The notes under the pieces are model-generated. The model saw nothing but the letters and a program-made list of their open reading frames with translations, searched no databases and had not been told where the DNA came from. DNA of 52,837 bases from a virus (taxonomy: Duplodnaviria > Caudoviricetes), in IMG/VR virus record IMGVR_UViG_3300044213_000047, positions 1 through 52,837 of that record; one strand, 5' to 3'. Within the stretch, counting starts at the first letter, position 1, and every line of letters starts with the position of its first letter. A program made the position numbers and the translations under genes. This document shows, in pieces, positions 44,914 through 52,837 of this stretch.

Positions 44914-45497
44914 ATCTTCTTTCTCAAATTAGCATTCTTAGATGCAGTTTCTTTATTCTTCATAGGATTGTTTTCGCTAAACCCAAAACGACCACGAACC
45001 CAACCTTCTGGAATTTCAGTGTTTGGTGGTAACTTCTTATTGGTAGTACCATCATTGATCCACTTCCACCCATCCATCTTTGGTGGGGTCAAACCACCAT
45101 TCTTATACTTCGCTTTGAACTCATCACCAGTAATACCTTTATTCCAAGCAGTTCTTCCGATGTTCCATTTACCCATATAAGGTGCCAGAGTTTTCTTGAC
45201 AACTTCGAAGTGTTTAGAAGTGAGAACATCGAATCGTTTAGAGTTCTTTCTAGAAACACGAACCATCGAAGAAAATGCGAAGATTAACTTTTGGTTATCT
45301 GGGTGTATCTTACATAGTAACTGGTGACAAAGAAAGTGTTCTCTGAAGGTTAGTCTAACAAGATTCTCTGGTTCATCATTTCCACCCAAACATTTAGGTA
45401 AAATATGATGTTTTTCAGAGTATTCTGTTAGCACTCGGTTCTTTGCTCGTTCAATAATTGATTCGTAAATCTTGCTATAAAGCATTAGGGACTCCAT
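44910..45497 (-). mobile_element. free-standing HNH homing endonuclease (MobE-like)
   Basis: HHILPKCLGGND..NLVRLT.REHFLCH; WNKG and WINDG DNA-binding motifs. Confidence 0.88.
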
Positions 45498-45531
45498 TAA
45501 ATTATATGCTCCTAATGCTTATTTAGCGTTT

Positions 45532-46875
45532 TCAGATTTTCAAATCATCTCCTTCAATGACGGCACAAGCACGAATAAGCATCGTTTCACCATCTCGGAC
45601 AACAGTAACAGTATCAGAAGAATTAAACTCAACGGTATTGCCAGAATCATCTTCGAAAAGAATTTTACCCTGCACATCAGGAGCTTCCCCTCGTTCAGTA
45701 CCCAGTTCTTTATTCGCAACATCTAATTTTTCCCTAATACCTTTAAAGATTTGTTTATTTCTACCAACAGCGAGTGATGATTCCCAAGGAATATTATTCT
45801 TCTGTAGATACGCATGCCAACCTAAAGCACCGATACCAATAGAACGTTCGTTCTTAGCTGAATAAATCGCTCGTTTAATTTCTTTTGGTGCATTCTTAAT
45901 GAAATACTCCAAAACATTATCAAGCATTTCCGCAACGTCTTTAAGAAATAACTTTTCGTTTTTCCAATCATCATAATATTCAAGATTTAATGATGACAAG
46001 CAACAAACAGCAGTACGTTTCTCGTTGGTTGGAAGAATAATCTCAGAACACAAATTTGATTGACGAATAGTCAATCCCTTATCTTTTAACCATTGTGGCA
46101 TCTGACGATTAGATTCATCAATATAGTGAATATATGGTTCGCCAGTTTGCATGCGCATTTCAAGAACACGTTGCCACAACTCACGAGCAGAAACAACTTC
46201 GCGAACTTCATTAGAAGCAGGGTCGATTAATTCCCACGAATCATCTGCATGATCATCAATCATTGACTTCTCAATAATTTCCATAAACGCATCAGGAATG
46301 TTAATTCCATGGTGCATGTTCAATGTGCGCATATTTTGATCGCCTGTTGGCTTGCGCATTTCTAAAAAGTTAATAATGTCAGGGTGACTAATATCAAGAT
46401 AAGCAGCATAACTACCACGTCTCGTGCGTCCTTGGCGATACGCAAGCGAGCTCGCATCGTAGATTTTAAGGTGCGGCATAACTCCAGTAGACTTATCGTC
46501 AGCTGAGCGGATGCCAAAACCAATACCCACGCCACCCCCAAGCATAGATAACCAATTAGTTTCTGAAAGATTATCAACTAATCCCTCCGCAGTATCTTCA
46601 ATATAGTTAAGGAAACAAGATATAGGAAGACCACGCTTACTGCGACCAAAAGAAAGAACGGGAGTAGAGTAAGAGAGCCAATGCTTACTTGAATATTCAT
46701 ATAATCGTTGCGCATGTTCGGGATTGCTTCCAAATTGTTTAGAGACAAAAGCGAATCTTTCTTGAGGACTTGTCTCATCGTCCTTCATATAACTTTCTTT
46801 TAAACGTAGTTTACCTAATTCATCAAATAAATTATCACGTGAATAGTCAACCTTAATGCCGTGAACGAAGTCCAT
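45532..46875 (-). CDS. nrdA: ribonucleotide reductase alpha, N-terminal fragment (no ATP cone)
   Basis: STP, PISCF, GGGVG, SNLCSEI, CCLSSLN, RSIGIG. Confidence 0.92.
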   Translation of the reverse strand: MDFVHGIKVDYSRDNLFDELGKLRLKESYMKDDETSPQERFAFVSKQFGSNPEHAQRLYEYSSKHWLSYSTPVLSFGRSKRGLPISCFLNYIEDTAEGLVDNLSETNWLSMLGGGVGIGFGIRSADDKSTGVMPHLKIYDASSLAYRQGRTRRGSYAAYLDISHPDIINFLEMRKPTGDQNMRTLNMHHGINIPDAFMEIIEKSMIDDHADDSWELIDPASNEVREVVSARELWQRVLEMRMQTGEPYIHYIDESNRQMPQWLKDKGLTIRQSNLCSEIILPTNEKRTAVCCLSSLNLEYYDDWKNEKLFLKDVAEMLDNVLEYFIKNAPKEIKRAIYSAKNERSIGIGALGWHAYLQKNNIPWESSLAVGRNKQIFKGIREKLDVANKELGTERGEAPDVQGKILFEDDSGNTVEFNSSDTVTVVRDGETMLIRACAVIEGDDLKI

Positions 46876-46890
46876 AAAATGCCCTTATTG

Positions 46891-47559
46891 TTATAATTGT
46901 ATTAATTCGTTTGCTAAAGGAAATACCTCAGCAATAACTTTAGCACATTGAAGTGCTACTTCTTGATGTTCTTTCTGGGTGCCATTTGCCATTCTCAATT
47001 CACAGTAATGTACCCAACTTCTGAGAGTACCATTCATGTATAAACGAGAAACTGTAAGTCCCTCTGGCAACACTGCTCTGGCTTGCTCTTTCGCAATGCC
47101 ATTATCGATCGCCCATTGATAAGCTAGACGGGATTCGGTAATGACATTATTCTGCCTTAGTTCCCATTGCCTTTGCAAGTCTTCGTCGTTTGTTTCGATA
47201 CTATTTTGACGATTCTTCGTATCTTGAAGTCGGGCTTCTCTAAGAACGAAAGATAAGTCTTTAGTTGGATCAGCATATCGCTGTGAGAATTCTTGAAATG
47301 AGAAAGAGCGGTGACGCAAGATCTGCCTTGCTATATCACGAGTAGTTTCAATTTCTAAACAAGCACTGACCATCTCAAGTGGAGACCAGTGTTTGTTCTT
47401 AATCAAATACTTAATTAACTTCTCTGATGTATCTGTGTTGAATTGATTGCTTGGATTACTGACACGTGCGCAGAAAGCAATCAATTCCTGCACATCCAAC
47501 AAACCTTCATCATACATCTCACGAGAGGGTTTACTATAACTAATTAACTTTACTCGCAT
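46891..47559 (-). CDS. thyX: flavin-dependent thymidylate synthase
   Basis: RHRSFSFQEFSQRY. Confidence 0.95.
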   Translation of the reverse strand: MRVKLISYSKPSREMYDEGLLDVQELIAFCARVSNPSNQFNTDTSEKLIKYLIKNKHWSPLEMVSACLEIETTRDIARQILRHRSFSFQEFSQRYADPTKDLSFVLREARLQDTKNRQNSIETNDEDLQRQWELRQNNVITESRLAYQWAIDNGIAKEQARAVLPEGLTVSRLYMNGTLRSWVHYCELRMANGTQKEHQEVALQCAKVIAEVFPLANELIQL

Positions 47560-48176
47560 TAAATACTCACTTGTGTTGATGAATTTGTAGTTGCCTTTAA
47601 TTTATCTTCGCTGGTAAAGTTGATAGACGCACCAGTGGTAGCATAAGCAGTAGTGTATGAAGAAAGTGTATTCATCGCTGCGGCAATATTACCACGAGTG
47701 ATGTTCATAGTCTTACTACCAACAACACCAACTGAACCAGAAACAGTTTCAACTGCATCAAAGTTTGCGCCAAGAAATAGAACTTCCCATTTCTTATCCT
47801 CAAACTGTTTCACACGTGCTTTAATAGCAGCTTGCGTATATTCATGCGATGCGTTTTCATATCCGTCTGTCATAACAACGAGAACAGTTTTCTTCGCATC
47901 ATCTTCTTCGGCTTGAGTCATGATTTTGCCACAAGAATCGTAGAGAGGTGTACCACCACGTGGTTGAACTTCTTCGGCAGTAACATCGTCCCAATCTTTG
48001 GCTTTACAATCTCGAATTACATCATGGGAAACAGAATCGAAAACAGCTAAGTGAACATTATCAGTTTTCTTTAATTTCTCAATGTATCCATTGATAGAAC
48101 CAATCGCCTCATTCCACAAAGTGGCCATTGAGCCACTACGATCTAACAAAATATAAACATTCATATCTTTCTCCAT
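47559..48176 (-). CDS. von Willebrand factor A domain protein
   Basis: DRSGSM MIDAS, TPLYD, TDGYEN. Confidence 0.88.
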   Translation of the reverse strand: MEKDMNVYILLDRSGSMATLWNEAIGSINGYIEKLKKTDNVHLAVFDSVSHDVIRDCKAKDWDDVTAEEVQPRGGTPLYDSCGKIMTQAEEDDAKKTVLVVMTDGYENASHEYTQAAIKARVKQFEDKKWEVLFLGANFDAVETVSGSVGVVGSKTMNITRGNIAAAMNTLSSYTTAYATTGASINFTSEDKLKATTNSSTQVSI

Positions 48177-49186
48177 GTAGTAAATCTTAATTTCGCTTCA
48201 ACACCAGAGTAGGTGTTTGTATTTATCATCTCAACAATTTCCTCAGAGGTTTTACCTGATAAAATCATCTCGTTGATGTCTTTCTCTTTCACAGTATCAG
48301 GGTACATGCATACATTATACCCTAAATCAATATACTTAGCAAGTTGTCTTACGATATCTTTATTGCGAGGTTCGTTATCCATTACGATTGTTGCATTAGT
48401 AAGCAACTGGCGAACAGTAGGGGTATCGAAACTGCTTCCAGAAACGGCAATTGCATTAGGTAGGAATAAGGAATCAATTGGTCCTTCAACGACGTAGATT
48501 CTTTTACCATAGTCAATTCGATCGAGTCCATAAATCTTCTCCTCTGTTTCATCTACCTTGATGGTATAATACTTAGGTTCTTCTGCACCATACGCACGAC
48601 CTTGGTATGCGAAACACTTGCCGCTTGGTTTGAAGTATGGAATGATCATTCTTGGGTGCTCGTCATTCTCGTTTGTAAATTTGAATGACACACTGTTTGT
48701 GTACTTCTTAAACTTTGGACAGAAATACAGTAAACTCCATTTATCTTTTGGAATTTTTCTCTTGATCACATAAGCAACTGCTGGGTGTGTAACTGGAAGT
48801 GTGTCCAACCTTTTGAGTGATGAAAGAATATCATCCTCAAGTAGTTCTACTGGTTTGGTTTCTAGAACGACAGATGTTTCTTTAACATCCTTGTGATCAT
48901 TATTCTTTACTGCGCCACTTTTATAGCGTTCAAGAACATATTCATCATAAAGTTTTTGATCTACATGTTTGATAAGGTTACCAATGTTTGTTCCCTTACC
49001 GCAATTATGACATTTATAAAACAGATCTGCCTTAGTTCGATAAATGTAACCACGTGCTTTTAGTTTGTTTGACGCACTATCGCCACAAAATGGACACGAG
49101 AAGTTCCAGTTGTAATCATTTTTCTTTTTGAAGTTTCTTAGACGTGTGCCTAAGATGTTTGCAAACTTAACGTCAATGTATAGCAT
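48161..49186 (-). CDS. T4-like DNA primase gp61
   Basis: CPFCGDS...CHNC zinc finger, EGPIDSLF, DNEPRN, KDINEM. Confidence 0.95.
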   Translation of the reverse strand: MLYIDVKFANILGTRLRNFKKKNDYNWNFSCPFCGDSASNKLKARGYIYRTKADLFYKCHNCGKGTNIGNLIKHVDQKLYDEYVLERYKSGAVKNNDHKDVKETSVVLETKPVELLEDDILSSLKRLDTLPVTHPAVAYVIKRKIPKDKWSLLYFCPKFKKYTNSVSFKFTNENDEHPRMIIPYFKPSGKCFAYQGRAYGAEEPKYYTIKVDETEEKIYGLDRIDYGKRIYVVEGPIDSLFLPNAIAVSGSSFDTPTVRQLLTNATIVMDNEPRNKDIVRQLAKYIDLGYNVCMYPDTVKEKDINEMILSGKTSEEIVEMINTNTYSGVEAKLRFTTWRKI

Positions 49187-49245
49187 AATGTGAAAATCCC
49201 AAGTAGAGTAGTAATTTTACTCCACTTGAGATTAAAAAGCAAATT

Positions 49246-49569
49246 TTATTTTAAGAACTTTGCAAAAAAGTCTAAATGACCCATTAAATAACCAATTACA
49301 ACTGCACCACCAACAATCATCCAACGCCACTTCTCAAGAATGTCAACACGATCCTTTACATTATCCATAGTTTTCTTTAAAGATTCATGTTGTTCTCTGT
49401 CAGACTTCGCTAGAGCATCGATCTTCTCGTCTAGTTTGTCCATGATTTCTCTGTTACCTGTAGTTATACGTGAATGTAACTCTTTGATGTCCACCTTGAC
49501 ATCAGCCATATCTTCTTTTATTGATTCGACTTGGGCTTCCAATTTTGCGATTCTTTCAGGCGATTCCAT
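49246..49569 (-). CDS. coiled-coil protein with C-terminal TM (XhlA/holin-like)
   Basis: LEKWRW followed by hydrophobic helix; next to spanin-like pair. Confidence 0.55.
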   Translation of the reverse strand: MESPERIAKLEAQVESIKEDMADVKVDIKELHSRITTGNREIMDKLDEKIDALAKSDREQHESLKKTMDNVKDRVDILEKWRWMIVGGAVVIGYLMGHLDFFAKFLK

Positions 49570-49836
49570 TTAATTTACCGATTCGAATATTTGTTTTTGA
49601 GTTTTGTACCATTCAATCCACGCATCAACTTTAAGTTGACACTCTTGATATTGCCCATAGTTTTTAGTAACAACAGAAACAACATCACTAAACTTAGTGG
49701 TTGGTTCAACTGTGTTCAAATCGGGGCATGCAACTTTCAAATCTTCTGGAACATTAGGAAAGTTTCGCTGAATGGGAACTGTTCCTAAACAACCAGTCAA
49801 TAATAATACAGGAAGTATCAATAGAAGTTTTTTCAT
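49570..49836 (-). CDS. o-spanin-like lipoprotein
   Basis: Lipobox LTGC, Pro-rich, NY..Y.EC. Confidence 0.7.
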   Translation of the reverse strand: MKKLLLILPVLLLTGCLGTVPIQRNFPNVPEDLKVACPDLNTVEPTTKFSDVVSVVTKNYGQYQECQLKVDAWIEWYKTQKQIFESVN

Positions 49837-50276
49837 TTTGTAGGTTTCTTCGCAGCATCGTTTAGGATTTTAATCACTTCAGGATCAACTGCGCACTGCG
49901 AGTCGATTCTTTTTTCTACTTCTTTAATACGTTCTTGTATTACTACTTGTGTTTTCGTAATTATTTGTTTCTTATCTTTTAACGCATCATCTAATTTTTT
50001 ATTGGCATCTTTTGATTGCTGTTCGCTAATTTGAACTTTAGCTTGTAACTCAGCAACCTTGTTGCGCCAACTCATTTCATTTTCATAACCACCATAAAAA
50101 TACACACCAAGAATAGTTAATACTGTGGCAGCAATTCTAACTGGCTCGCGATATGGTAATGATGGTGGCCAAAAATTCAGCAACAATCCAATAACATATA
50201 AAGCAACACCAGAAAACAGTGTAGCTAAAACTGCCGTATGTAATAAACTATCAGGTACGAATGATAAAAGCCACAT
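49833..50276 (-). CDS. i-spanin-like protein
   Basis: N-terminal TM, coiled coil, C-terminal Cys. Confidence 0.65.
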   Translation of the reverse strand: MWLLSFVPDSLLHTAVLATLFSGVALYVIGLLLNFWPPSLPYREPVRIAATVLTILGVYFYGGYENEMSWRNKVAELQAKVQISEQQSKDANKKLDDALKDKKQIITKTQVVIQERIKEVEKRIDSQCAVDPEVIKILNDAAKKPTK

Positions 50277-50278
50277 TA

Positions 50279-50860
50279 TTAGTTTCTCAGTTCAACAGGA
50301 GCAGATCTTCTGTTAATTTCCTTATATTTTTTAATCTTAGTATTTAGTAATTTTGGAGTATTAGTGGAAACTCTATCACCAGTAACGTTAGCTGGTACAG
50401 CAGAAGCAACTCCACCACCTGCTCCAGCACCGCCTGCGCCACCAGCACCACCGCCATCTTCAGACAGTTGCATATACTTCGATACTAGAATTTCTTCTTC
50501 AACTAAAACAATACCATTGTTCATATGCTCAAGAATTTTACGTAGTCTTGCTTCCATCAAAGAAGTAGTTCTAATTTTATTTTCTTGGTATTCTTTAACG
50601 AGAAATAACGCAGCAGTCATATTTTGTAAATGCGAACTGCCAGCTGGAAGTTTAGCTATAATCTTTTTCAAATTAAAAACTAAACGATCTAGATAAGTGT
50701 AAGCATCTTTCTCAGCAGCAGTTGTAAGTGTGTTGGATTTTCTCAACACATTACCGTGAGCATCTATAATTCCATACTTATACGCATCAGTGTCAATGAA
50801 TGGTGTTACTAATTTATGTAACACTTTAAATGCGATTAAGTTGTCTACTATTGCTGTCAT
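50279..50860 (-). CDS. conserved T4-like protein
   Basis: LVTPF..TDAYKYGIIDAHG...LVFNLKK. Confidence 0.7.
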   Translation of the reverse strand: MTAIVDNLIAFKVLHKLVTPFIDTDAYKYGIIDAHGNVLRKSNTLTTAAEKDAYTYLDRLVFNLKKIIAKLPAGSSHLQNMTAALFLVKEYQENKIRTTSLMEARLRKILEHMNNGIVLVEEEILVSKYMQLSEDGGGAGGAGGAGAGGGVASAVPANVTGDRVSTNTPKLLNTKIKKYKEINRRSAPVELRN

Positions 50861-51234
50861 ATTTTCCTTAGCGTCGCAATGATAGTTTCATCTAACTTAT
50901 AATCAGATAGCACAATTCCATATTCAGGAATCGTTTCTGGCATTCTGTTAAGATAAACTAAGAAAGTTATTAGCTCTGGCCATAACGCTTGTTCTATTTT
51001 ATAAAACAACATCTTCGTTGTATTTTCTCCGAAGATATTATATAAAACAATAATATGGTTTAGTATTAATCGCTCTCTTAATTCACCATTATTCTTATAA
51101 CGTGATAATAACTTCTTGAGATAAAGAAACTTTTTAAGGTCATCTTCAAATTCGTTCAGACTATGACATTGGGGATTGTCATAATGATGCATTGCGAATA
51201 CCAAGAAGTTAGCATCATTTAATTTTTCTACCAT
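50857..51234 (-). CDS. conserved T4-like hypothetical protein
   Basis: YDNPQC, LILNHII.LYNIFG. Confidence 0.75.
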   Translation of the reverse strand: MVEKLNDANFLVFAMHHYDNPQCHSLNEFEDDLKKFLYLKKLLSRYKNNGELRERLILNHIIVLYNIFGENTTKMLFYKIEQALWPELITFLVYLNRMPETIPEYGIVLSDYKLDETIIATLRKI

Positions 51235-51287
51235 AATAATCCATTTTAAAATGGAGGGGAACGATTCCCCTCGTCACTTTATTTAGA

Positions 51288-51872
51288 TTAACTGTTAGCA
51301 AGAACTGCGTTGTCGTTAGCGTTAGTACCAGCTTGAGCTGGAGTAGCTTTAACAGCAACTAGAGTCTCAGACTTGTGGCGAACGTTACCGTTAGCATCAG
51401 TATAAGAGATGTAAGTATTCCAACCTGGAGTCTTCAGACCACGAGCACGGTTAGCAGCAACAGTAGCTTCATTAGTGTCTTCCAAGTATAAACCACGACC
51501 ATTGTAGTTGTGATCAAACCCTTGATTAGCAGCACCAGTAGATTGAAGAATCTGTGCGCCAATGCCAGCAGAAGTTAAATTAATCTTACCAGTTGCGCCA
51601 CCAGCGATTGCGTCAGCTTGAGTGTCATATAAAGCAATATGACCGCTGTCGTTACGGTGAACGTAATAAGTAGTACCATCTGTCAAACCACCAATAGCTG
51701 TTCCGCCATTTACAGAGTAAACAACTTCAGTACCAGTTGGGAAGTCAGTGCTTGCGCCAAGCAAGCTGATTGTTTCTGCAGTAGTGTCAACTTGAGTGCT
51801 GTCAAAAACTGCTTTTCTTGCGACGAACTTTGGCTTACCAGCTAAGTTGTCTGTTTTATTCCATAGTGCCAT
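51288..51872 (-). CDS. virion structural/decoration-like protein
   Basis: MALWNKTD, GLTDGTTYYV, PGW...GNVRHKSETLVA. Confidence 0.65.
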   Translation of the reverse strand: MALWNKTDNLAGKPKFVARKAVFDSTQVDTTAETISLLGASTDFPTGTEVVYSVNGGTAIGGLTDGTTYYVHRNDSGHIALYDTQADAIAGGATGKINLTSAGIGAQILQSTGAANQGFDHNYNGRGLYLEDTNEATVAANRARGLKTPGWNTYISYTDANGNVRHKSETLVAVKATPAQAGTNANDNAVLANS

Positions 51873-51887
51873 TTTAATCTCCTTTGA

Positions 51888-52837
51888 TTACTTGTTTGTG
51901 TTTGGCAAATGTAGTTTATAACCAGAATAGTCTGCATACGTTTTCTTTTTCGCAGCAGTTGATCCCTTCTGTCTAGCTCCCGAACCAGCACCCTTTGGTC
52001 TACCACGACCACGCTTCTCAGTAGAAGCTGGTTTAGTAGCTGGCTTATCATCATCTTCGTCATCATCATCACCTTGGTATGAACTACCATATGTTCCAAT
52101 GTGGCGTCTAACTCCTGGAGAAACTTGGATTGTCTTGCCTTCTCGTAGAGTATTTATAAAATCTAAAAATGAAACTGATTCCTTCTTAAGTTTCTTAGCT
52201 TTTTCCCACTTCTCATCATGTGGTTTATCACCAGCAGCATTTACTTTGTTAGTATCAACTGGACCAGTTTGTTTCAATTCTTCTTTAACAGTAGACTGAG
52301 TAGTTTTAATTACACCACCTTTAGCCTTGGCAGCAACAGATGCCTTTAGTTTATCGTAGTTGACAAGAGCTGCTTTTAATTTCTCAGCAGCAGTTGTTTC
52401 TTCTAAAGAAGTATGTACCTTGAATTTGTGAACAGTACTGTCTGATGGGTTGTATGGGTTGTGAGTAACTTTAACGTGGACTTCTTTACCATCGTTCTTT
52501 AAAACTTTACCATGGTGCTTGTCGCCAGAACCTTGACCATAGAAGTCCATCTCATTACCAACATGCATATGTTTAGCCATGTCTGGGTGCATTCTACCAT
52601 GCATTGCCATTTCGCGATGATTAGCTTCGTCTAAGTGTTCAACTTCTTCATTCATAGTGTGATGAGGAACTTTAGTTTTCATTGCACCATGGTGATCAGC
52701 TGATTGAAAGTGAACATCATCACCTCTGCGATAAGCACCCCAGTGGTGTCCAGTTTCATCTTTAAAGTGGTGTTCCTGACCATCTTTCAATTTAGCAATT
52801 GCTTGGTGGTGTTCTGGGTGTAGAGGAATAGAAAAGT
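51888..52837 (-). CDS. His-rich, charged protein (possible internal head protein), 5' partial
   Basis: Frame open to window edge; RGRGRPKG AT-hook-like motif. Confidence 0.55.
   Translation of the reverse strand, partial: FSIPLHPEHHQAIAKLKDGQEHHFKDETGHHWGAYRRGDDVHFQSADHHGAMKTKVPHHTMNEEVEHLDEANHREMAMHGRMHPDMAKHMHVGNEMDFYGQGSGDKHHGKVLKNDGKEVHVKVTHNPYNPSDSTVHKFKVHTSLEETTAAEKLKAALVNYDKLKASVAAKAKGGVIKTTQSTVKEELKQTGPVDTNKVNAAGDKPHDEKWEKAKKLKKESVSFLDFINTLREGKTIQVSPGVRRHIGTYGSSYQGDDDDEDDDKPATKPASTEKRGRGRPKGAGSGARQKGSTAAKKKTYADYSGYKLHLPNTNK

Noticed and set aside
44345-45680. Functional split intein or group I intron in nrdA
   Set aside because: No Cys/Ser1, TxxH or HN-nucleophile junction; the interval is filled by coupled ORFs, leaving no room for a ribozyme core.
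453-52299. Numerous plus-strand ORFs
   Set aside because: Antisense shadows of densely packed minus-strand genes; no SD or recognisable motifs.
1-52837. Genome-wide stop-codon reassignment
   Set aside because: Core genes are full length in the standard code; only one in-frame TGA seen.

Overview
A 52.8-kb segment of a large T4-like (Tevenvirinae/Kyanoviridae-type) myophage genome, with essentially all genes on the minus strand. T4-like core genes include primase gp61, RNase H, dsbA, 57B/Acb1, dCMP deaminase, nrdA/nrdB, thyX and GroES. It also carries perfect sigma70 promoters and (C/A)TAAATA late promoters. Main modules: (i) small early genes plus rubrerythrin/rubredoxin; (ii) a modification-enzyme cluster (CmoB-like/CmoA-like fusion, several 2OG-Fe(II) oxygenases, B12 radical SAM, DUF3050); (iii) an array of about 31 tRNA or tRNA-like genes covering all 20 amino acids, with odd members (CTA, AGT, long-arm TAT, a chimera) and several unannotated structured RNAs; (iv) a curli (CsgF/CsgG/curlin)-FecR-nuclease-CHASE2 adenylate cyclase operon; (v) an nrdA split into two genes by an HNH endonuclease plus two cargo genes. 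The most striking unannotated element sits at the head of the tRNA array. A probably leaderless 37-codon ORF (22465-22578) contains all 20 amino acids and 32 distinct codons, and its last codons form one arm of an antiterminator that competes with an intrinsic terminator. This is a candidate universal tRNA-availability-sensing attenuator controlling the phage tRNA array. All calls are by eye; no searches were run.
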